From the NCBI RefSeq assembly GCF_006345805.1, contig NW_021827125.1:1-10888 (forward strand): DNA of 10,888 nucleotides, in the 5' to 3' direction. This DNA is from Octopus sinensis. Its lineage: Eukaryota. Positions 1 through 6,449 of this stretch are shown here, piece after piece; position 1 is the first letter of the stretch; each line of letters begins with the position of its first letter. The notes below the pieces were generated by a model. It saw only the letters and a list, made by a program, of their open reading frames with translations. It was not told the DNA's origin and made no database searches. A program made the position numbers and the translations under genes.

Positions 1-94
1 GTGTGGGATGGGAGGTGGGGGTAAATAGAGTATGGGTTACACGGGGAGGAAAGACGAGAAAGTGGGGAGAATGCTAATGATAGTGAAGATTGCG

Positions 95-269
95 GTGATG
101 ATGATGATGATGATGATCATGATCATAATGATGACGATAAATTATAGTGATGATGATGATAATAATAGAGGTGATGGTGGTTAGGATGATAGTGGTTGTG
201 GTCATGATGATGGTAGTGATGATGATGATGAGGATGATGATAATGATGATGATGGTGGTGGTGGTGGTG

Positions 270-306
<37 letters not shown>

Positions 307-435
307 CGATGATTATAGTGATGATGATGATAATAATAGAGATGATGATGGTGAGGATGATAGTGGTTGTGGTCATGATGATGGTAGTGATGATGATGAG
401 GATGATGATAATGATGATGATGGTGGTGGTGGTTG

Positions 436-466
<31 letters not shown>

Positions 467-480
467 AATGAGGAGGAGAA
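95..480. repeat. Compound (GAT)n/(GGT)n trinucleotide microsatellite containing a ~171-bp tandem duplication
   Basis: Runs of GAT/GGT. The anchor ATTATAGTGATGATGATGATAATAATAGAG occurs at 141 and 312, and GGATGATAGTGGTTGTGGTCATGATGATGGTAGTGATGATGATGA occurs in both units. Confidence 0.95.
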
Positions 481-621
481 TCGTGACGGTAGTGATAGGT
501 AAATGTCGGTTCCAAAATTACCATTCCAATCGTAAAACAAAAGTAAAATTAAAAACCATGAGATAATTAAGAATGTAGGGTCGAATGAAAGTAAAGCAAC
601 CAAAAATATACGCAAAACAAT

Positions 622-760
622 GGGAAGAGAGAGAGAGGGAGAGAGAGAGAGGAGGAGGAGGAGGAGGGATGGGGAGAGGAAGTGAAAGAGAGAGAGAGAT
701 GAGGAGAGGGAAAAAGAGAGTAAAAGATAAAGAGAGGAAGAGAAGCGAAAGAACGTAGAC
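622..760. repeat. Polypurine (GA)n/(GGA)n tract
   Basis: Almost pure purine run on the + strand: GAGAGAGA...GGAGGAGGAGGAGGAGG...GAGAGAG. Confidence 0.9.
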
Positions 761-804
761 GTAAGAATAGTTTTGTAGGATTGGGCGAGAATTGAAGGAA
801 GCAA

Positions 805-958
805 ACACACACACACACATACACACATACACACACACACACATACATACACACACGCATATAGGCACTAACATTCAGACATATGCATTCATACATGCAG
901 TATACATATAGATACATCACACACAAATATATAGACACACAAACACACACACACACAC
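805..958. repeat. Interrupted (CA)n/(TACA)n microsatellite
   Basis: Direct inspection. Confidence 0.9.
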
Positions 959-1039
959 GTTATCATTCAAAGTGTCTTCCTCCACCAATGTGGGTCAAAA
1001 AACCAAAATCTAATCACAGAGCAGCAAAATTCTAAAGAT

Positions 1040-1515
1040 GACGGCAAGTTGAAAATCACCTTTGAAGATTTTACACACGTGATTGTTGTTCGCCGATAGT
1101 TCTGCTTTGAATTTCAAACAGAGAGGAGGTGGGTTCGAGTGGGGCTTCAATGTAAGATATGTGGTACAAGTACAATGTATGTCTTCGCAAAAGTGAAGGT
1201 GGCGGTGGAAGTTGCTCGAATTGGAAGAATATGAAGAAGACTGAATAAGATGAATAAATAAAATAGGTGATTTGATATCGATGAGGACAATATTGATTCG
1301 TATTTCCTCCTCCCCTTCTTTCTTTTGCTGCAAAAGTGTTCAAAATTCAATAACTACAATGGCTGTTAACATGGTCACGTGGCTTTCGGTTTTATCTCGA
1401 AGTCGGTTTCCTTTTGTAAGTTGAAACGCCGCCTACAATTAAGGAAGTGTTGATTAGTTGTATAGACATAATACAGGATGTAGATAGCGACAGGAGAGAC
1501 GGATGCTGTGTGGAG
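1040..1515 (+). pseudogene. Possible highly decayed 3' part of an RTE-type non-LTR retrotransposon reverse transcriptase
   Basis: Motif-like fragments appear in the expected order across frames: DGKL (1040), RD/LLFADSSALN (1078-1112; cf. RDLLFADDCALN), RVGL (1136-1147), EVARIG..RLNK (1208-1249), GHVA (1373-1384), DRRD.....CVE (1489-1515). The spacing needs several internal deletions and there is no YLG motif, so this is weak. Confidence 0.3.
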
Positions 1516-1608
1516 ATGTCGACTAGGTAGATAGACACAGTGTGCACACGAGGACTGGACAGACTCAGTTGGTAGAGGATCAAATTATACAAAGGCAAGT
1601 GTGGAGAT

Positions 1609-1808
1609 ATTCTTTTCTACTCTAGGCACAAGGCCCGGAATTTGGGAGGAGGGGGCCAGTCGATTAGATCGGCCCCAGTACGCAACTAGTACTTAATTTA
1701 TCAAGCTCCAAAGGATGAAAGGCAAAGTCGACCTCGGCGGAATTTGAACTCAGAACGTAAAATCAGACGAAATACCGCTAAGCATTCTTCCCGCCGTGCT
1801 AACGATTC
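1609..1808 (-). mobile_element. tRNA-derived SINE family B, copy B1 (5' end clipped inside the A box)
   Basis: Minus strand reads AGAATCGTTAGCAC (A-box remnant)...GAGTTCAAATTCC (B box)...GTCGACTTTGCCTTTCATCCTTTGG...TAAATTAAGTACTAG...GGGCCTTGTGCCTAGAGTAGAAAAGAAT. Aligns with seven other copies in the window. Confidence 0.9.
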
Positions 1809-1971
1809 TTTCTACTCTAGGTTCAAGGCCCGAAATTTTGGGGGAGGGGGGCCAGTCGATTAGATCGGCCCCAGTACGTAACTGGTACATAATTTATCAA
1901 GCCCGAAAGGATGAAAGGCAAAGTCGACCGCGGCACATTTGAACTGAGAACGTGAAGACAGACAAAATACC
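1809..1971 (-). mobile_element. SINE family B, copy B2 (no A box; probably the 3' arm of a dimer with B3)
   Basis: Same body and tail as B1; starts at GGTATTTTGTCTGTC, downstream of the A box. Confidence 0.88.
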
Positions 1972-2182
1972 AATTTCTTTACTACCCACAAGGGACTAGA
2001 CACAGAGAGGACAAACAAGGACAGACAAACGGATTAAGTCGAATAAATTGACCCCAGTGCGTAACTGGTACTTATTTAATCGACCCCGAAAAGATGAAAG
2101 GCAAAGTCGACCACGGCGCATTTGAACGTGAAGACAGACAAGATACTGCTAAGCATTTCGCCTGGCGCGCTATCGATTCTGC
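1972..2182 (-). mobile_element. SINE family B, copy B3 (different 3' tail type)
   Basis: Head GCAGAATCGATAGCGCGCCAGGCGAAATGCTTAGC and the shared body CTTTGCCTTTCATC..TTCGGGGTCGAT; its tail TTAATCCGTTTGTCTGTCCTTGTTTGTCC...CTTGTGGGTAGTAAAGAAAT differs from B1/B2. Confidence 0.88.
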
Positions 2183-2204
2183 TAAATGATAATAATACAA
2201 ATAA

Positions 2205-2408
2205 CAAATTTTGGCAGACGGCCTTCAATTCTGAAGATGGGGCCTAGAGGCTTACATCAACCCAGAACTTCAAAACGTCACTGATGCTTCATGTTATCGA
2301 CCCCGAAAGGATGAAAAGAGGTTCGACTTCGGCGGGATTTGAACTCAGAACGTAAAGTGCCTGAAGAAATGTCGCTAAATATTTTGACCGATGTCCAAAC
2401 GATTCTCC
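2205..2408 (-). mobile_element. SINE family B, copy B4 (diverged)
   Basis: + strand ATCGACCCCGAAAGGATGAAA...TCGACTTCGGCGGGATTTGAACTCAGAACGTAAAG...AACGATTCT matches the family; the tail is degenerate. Confidence 0.8.
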
Positions 2409-2427
2409 TTTCCAATTGCGTTTATAA

Positions 2428-3033
2428 AAATGGTTTCAAGTTTTGGCACAGGGCCTGCAATTTTAGAGGAAGAGGCTGGTCGATTATGCTGACCCCCCGA
2501 TACGAGACTGGTGGATGGAAGCACTCCGTCGGTTACGACGACGAGGGTTCCGGTTGATCCGAATCAACGGAACAGCCTGCTCGTGAAATTACGTGTAAGT
2601 GGCTGAGCACTCCACAGACACGTGTACCCGAACGTAGTTCTTCGGGGATATTCAGCGTGACACAGAGAGTGACAAGGCCGGCCCTTTGAAATACAGGTAC
2701 AACAGAAACAGGAAGTAAGAGTGAGAGAAAGTTGTGGTGAAAGAGTACAGCAGGATCGCCACTACCCCCTGCTGGAGCCTCGTGGAGCTTTAGGTGTTTT
2801 CGCTCAATAAACACTCACAACGCCCGGTCTGGGAATCGAAACCGCGATCCTATGACCGCGAGTCTGCTGCCCTAACCACTGGGCCATTGCGTCTCCACAC
2901 GAGACTGCTACATATTCTATCGACCCCCGAAGATGAAAGACAAAATCGACCTCGGCAGAATTTGAACTCAAAACGTTAAAAGATGAAAGAATTCACCGCA
3001 AGGCTGTTTGTCCAACACTCAAACGCTTTCTGT
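2428..3033 (-). mobile_element. SINE family B, copy B5, split by insertion of SINE A1
   Basis: Tail half 2428-2510 (AATGGTTTCAAGTTTTGGCACAGGGCC, as in B8) and head half 2899-3033 (ATCGACCCCCGAAGATGAAAGACAAAATCGACCTCGGCAGAATTTGAACTC) join collinearly once 2511-2898 and one TSD copy are removed. Confidence 0.85.
2511..2898 (-). mobile_element. tRNA-derived SINE family A, copy A1 (~390 bp), with 9-bp TSD
   Basis: Head GGAGACGCAATGGCCCAGTGG (A box)...GTTTCGATTCC (B box). Collinear with A2 (6822-7223) over its length. Direct repeat ACGAGACTG at 2502-2510 and 2899-2907. Resembles described octopus tRNA-SINEs (OK/OR1/OR2), but the family cannot be assigned without a search. Confidence 0.93.
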
Positions 3034-3113
3034 TAAAAGGCACCATTCTCTCTCGAATCCAAAATAAACCAAAATAACTTTTTAAACCAATTCTTTAGAA
3101 AGAAAGTCTTTCG

Positions 3114-3200
3114 AAAAACCAAAAAAAAAAAAAAACGAAAACGAAAATAAAACAAAACAAAACAAAACAAAACAAAAAGCAGTTGAATAAAAATAAAAAA
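3114..3200. repeat. A-rich/(AAAAC)n tract (T-rich on the minus strand, just downstream of the candidate donor)
   Basis: Direct inspection. Confidence 0.85.
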
Positions 3201-3237
3201 AGCAACTAACAAACTAGAAATGGATGACTTGACTTAC

Positions 3238-3343
3238 CATAGAGGAATACGAACAACAACAACAACGACAACAACAACAACAACAACAATATCGACAGCA
3301 GGGACAACAACAATAGGAACAAGAATAATTCAGACAATAACAT
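3238..3343 (-). CDS. Candidate first coding exon: hydrophobic signal-peptide or signal-anchor-like N-terminus (MLLSELFLFLLLLSLLSILLLLLLLSLLLLFVFLY, then a phase-1 intron)
   Basis: ATG at 3343-3341 with an in-frame TGA 6 nt upstream; 35 codons plus 1 nt; then G|GTAAGT (3238|3237-3232) followed by T-rich intron-like sequence. No homology recognised, and part of the poly-Leu is a (TTG)n microsatellite. Confidence 0.35.
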
Positions 3344-3439
3344 CAGAAGTCACAACAGGGACTGCAAGGTGTTTCGTTTGTTGTTGTTGTTGTTGTTGTC
3401 GACGTTGTTTTATGTTGATGTGATAGAAAGAGGAAGTGG

Positions 3440-3460
3440 TGGTGTCGCTGCTGTCGCTGC

Positions 3461-3491
<31 letters not shown>

Positions 3492-4185
3492 GGTGGGTGG
3501 TGGAGGGGTAGATGGCGGATTTGTGAGTAGTGGTGAGTGATGGGGATGATGGCAGCGGCGGGTGGGGGGGTGATGTTGAATGCAACGATGGCAAAAATGG
3601 TCTTGGCGATGATGATGATGATGATGATGATGATGAGGATGAGGAGGAGGAGGAGGAGGAGGATAATGTCGATGATGGTTGTGGTAGGGGTTCTAATGAC
3701 GGAGGTGGTGTTCGAGATAGAAGTGATGGTGGCAGTGGTGGCCATGGTGGTGGTGGTGGTGGTGGTGGCAGTAATAGCTGCAGAGTTGCTGCTGGCGTTG
3801 TTGGCGGTGGTGGTGGTGGTGGTGGTGGTTGGGGGTAGTAGTATTGGTATTGGTGGTGGTGGTGATGGTATTGGTGGTGGTGGTGGTGGTGGTAGTGGTG
3901 GCAGTAATAGCTGCAGAGTTGCTGCTGGCGTTGTTGGCGGTGGTGGTGGTGGTGGTGGTGGGTGGTGGTGGTGGTGGTGGTATTGGTGGAGGTGGTGGTT
4001 GGGGGTAGTAGTATTGGTATTGGTGGTGGTGGTGATGGTATTGGTGGTATTGGAGGTGGTGATGATGGTGGTGGTGGTAGTATTAGTGGTGGTGGTGGTG
4101 GTGGTGGAGTGTGTGGTAGGATCGACGGTGGTTAGTGATTACTTGTAGTTAGGTGGAGATTGCTGGTGGTGGTGGTGCTGGTGGT
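3440..4185. repeat. Compound (GGT)n/(GAT)n/(GGA)n/(GTT)n low-complexity region with an internal duplication
   Basis: Trinucleotide runs; an identical 41-bp non-repetitive core at 3767-3807 and 3900-3940. Confidence 0.92.
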
Positions 4186-4295
4186 GATGTGTCGGTGTTA
4201 TTGTTAAAATGTAAATGTAATGTAGGTTGAATAATGTTGACTTTTTGATGTGAAAAGATGAAAGACCGATTCTTGATATAGATTCCATTGTATTT

Positions 4296-4633
4296 CACAC
4301 ACACACAAACACACACACACACACGCACACACTCACACAAATACATACACGCACACACGCACACACACACACACACACAAATACATACACGCACACACGC
4401 ACACACACACACACACACATATATGGGAGTAGATATTTGCATACAGAAACGTACGCATATATATATATATATATATATATGGTGTATATATATATATATA
4501 TAATATATATATATCCACATATATATATGGTGTATATTTGTATAAGTGTGTATATATATATATATATATTATATATATGCACGTGTGTGTGTTTGTGTGT
4601 GAGTGTGTGTGTTTGTGTGTGAGTGTGTGTGTA
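4296..4633. repeat. Compound (CA)n-(TA)n-(TG)n microsatellite
   Basis: CA block ~4296-4420, TA block ~4457-4578, TG block ~4583-4633. Confidence 0.92.
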
Positions 4634-4778
4634 CAACGTACATTATTACGCACACACACTCGTATGAAGACAGTGCAATCTATTTATGAATCTCCGCGAG
4701 TGTGTGGGTGTATAAAAGCGATATCCGTGGAGATCCTGTTCAACCTGTGTCATCATATATCACCTACGAGAAGAGATC

Positions 4779-4935
4779 GATGATGATGACGACGACGACG
4801 ACGACGGCGACAATGGAATTATGTCAGCTTAGAAGGTCTTTGAAGGAGAGATGTGAAAACCGCAAATACTCTGGATATATACTCAACACCTACCAACATC
4901 AACATCACCATCATCGTCATCATCACCATCATCGT

Positions 4936-4963
<28 letters not shown>
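4779..4963. repeat. (GAT/GAC)n run at 4779-4811 and (CAT)n run at ~4893-4963
   Basis: Direct inspection. Confidence 0.85.
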
Positions 4964-4966
<3 letters not shown>

Positions 4967-5037
4967 GTACATTCCTCTCTCATTCCCAAATGTGATTTCT
5001 CTATTCCACTCTATAAAAAAAAACACATACTGTTACA

Positions 5038-5352
5038 AGGTGTGTGTGTGTGTGTGTGTGTGTTCTCATACGCACATGCATACTCACATACGTAAATACA
5101 CACACACGTACATACATAGAAAGATACACACATATATACATGCATAAATATATATATAAATATGTATATATATATATTATATGTACATATATAAATATAT
5201 AAATATTATATATTATATATAATATATTATATATTATATATATCAATATTATATATCACATATATATGTATATATATATATATATAGGTAGGTAGGTAGG
5301 TAGGTAGGTAGGTAGGTAGGTAGATTGATAGATACATAGATAGCTAGATAGG
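5038..5352. repeat. Compound (TG)n-(CA/TA)n-(TAGG)9-(TAGA)n microsatellite
   Basis: Direct inspection; (TAGG)9 at 5285-5320. Confidence 0.92.
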
Positions 5353-5745
5353 TGTATGGATACAGGATGTCACCAACAGTGCAAATAACATGAAATATGT
5401 GAACGAAGGGAAAAATGAGTGAAATACGTAAACAATGAGAAAAAAATGGAGAACAGGGCAAGTAAGCAGAAAGTAAGGACCCTTCATCAGTTGTCGGCTG
5501 TATATCTACTCCTCATTTCGAGCATTCAACGACAATACGAGTATCAAAGACAGTTTCTCCTATAAACTCTAAAATAAAATTTAGGATTTATGGAGGGACA
5601 AAGCTGGGAAGAAAAAGATGACAGTGGAGACGTACAAGGAAACCGAACGAAAACAAACATGGAGGCTCGTTAGACCCGAAAGAGAGGAAAACGAGAGGAA
5701 AACAGAGAATGACTGGATCGAGAGAAGAGAAAAGATGAATGTGTG
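5353..5745 (-). mobile_element. Probable Penelope-like or other hammerhead-bearing retroelement remnant
   Basis: A non-simple ~400-bp block between microsatellites that carries a hammerhead core on the minus strand. The Penelope assignment is inferred from the known association of Penelope-like elements with hammerhead motifs; no ORF supports it. Confidence 0.4.
5477..5560 (-). ncRNA. Degenerate hammerhead ribozyme motif (type II, stem-II-open permutation)
   Basis: Minus strand: GAAAC (5557-5553), 14 nt, GTA (5538-5536), TTGTCG (5535-5530), 33 nt, CGACAA (5496-5491), CTGATGA (5490-5484). Stem I is a perfect 6 bp sitting directly between the cleavage triplet and CUGAUGA. Stem III has A-U and C-G, then a small internal loop and 2 more bp. 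Stem II is not properly formed in this copy. Confidence 0.6.
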
Positions 5746-5749
5746 TGTT

Positions 5750-5834
5750 TATATCTATCTGTCTATCTGTTCATCTCTTTGTCTACCTACCTACCTACCT
5801 ACCTACCTACCTACTTACATACCTACATATTTAC

Positions 5835-5921
<87 letters not shown>

Positions 5922-5965
5922 GCTAGCTAGCTAGCTATCTAGCTATCTGTCTATCTATCTATCCA
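5750..5965. repeat. (TATC)n/(CTAC)8/(TAGC)n tetranucleotide microsatellite
   Basis: Direct inspection; (CTAC)8 at 5783-5814. Confidence 0.95.
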
Positions 5966-6151
5966 TTATGGAAAGCGGATCTGCACCGCAATGAGATGTC
6001 ACCCCTTAACCCCACGGGGAAGCTATTCAAAATTCCATGTCCGTTAATGACCTGGTCATAGCTCTGTCTAAGGATGCATGTTCTTCTAAGCATATTCACA
6101 GACTTTTGACAACCTGTCTAGATCGCTATGGAAACTGCATTGCAAACTCAC

Positions 6152-6224
6152 CAAGCGGTGTCTCGGTGAGAGCTACCGCTATGGCCTTAATTACACATTA
6201 TCAGGTGATTGTAGATTACCTTAA
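6152..6224 (-). other. Candidate 73-nt non-coding exon
   Basis: Minus-strand acceptor CAATTTTTGCTTACATTTTTAG| and donor TTG|GTGAGT; stops in all three frames. Confidence 0.25.
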
Positions 6225-6287
6225 CTAAAAATGTAAGCAAAAATTGAGATGGATGAATGGATGGATGACAATAAGGCTTTAGTCATT

Positions 6288-6424
6288 TCAAATTCCGCCG
6301 AGGTCGACTTTGTCTTTCATCGTTTCGGGGGTCGATAAATTAAGAACCAGTTGCGTACTGGGGTCGATCTAATCAACTGGACCCGTCCTCCAAAATTTCG
6401 GGCCTTGTGCCTAGAGTAGAAAAG
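6288..6424 (+). mobile_element. SINE family B, copy B6, 5'-truncated within the B box, with a perfect 18-bp TSD
   Basis: AATAAGGCTTTAGTCATT at 6270-6287 and 6425-6442; the body matches the reverse complement of B1. Confidence 0.95.
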
Positions 6425-6449
6425 AATAAGGCTTTAGTCATTCGTTCAA

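Noticed and set aside
5-46. G-tract cluster that could form a G-quadruplex
   Set aside because: One loop is about 12 nt, the motif is at the window edge, and there is no functional context.
74-956. His-, Met/Ile/Val-, Thr- and Ser/Leu-rich ORFs in the track
   Set aside because: These are translations of GAT/GGT, GA and CA repeats, which lack stops by composition; no domain or splice context.
2229-2370. Other CTGA(A/C)GA matches (two in B4, one at ~10185 in the RT)
   Set aside because: None has a flanking stem I or a correctly placed GAAA and UH, so they are not hammerheads.
2825-2898. tRNA-like sequences (also 6643-6708, 6822-6895 and the family-B heads)
   Set aside because: They keep A and B boxes but not a full cloverleaf, and continue into SINE bodies, so they are SINE heads rather than tRNA genes.
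1609-3033. Regularly recurring ~200-bp motifs resembling a CRISPR or satellite array
   Set aside because: The units are diverged SINE copies with Pol III boxes, not identical short repeats with unique spacers; the DNA is eukaryotic and has no cas genes.
3346-4131. About 260-codon open minus-strand frame rich in Pro, His, Thr and Ser
   Set aside because: The (ACC)n composition excludes stops in several frames at once, and the homopolymer identity switches at repeat indels, which argues against frame constraint.
4702-4995. TATAAAAG at 4711 followed by an ORF ending in poly-His
   Set aside because: Half the ORF is microsatellite, no homology is recognised, and no convincing initiator is present; a single TATA match is expected by chance.
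6037-6228. 63-aa plus-strand ORF in unique sequence
   Set aside because: Short, no recognisable motif, and no supporting plus-strand acceptor.
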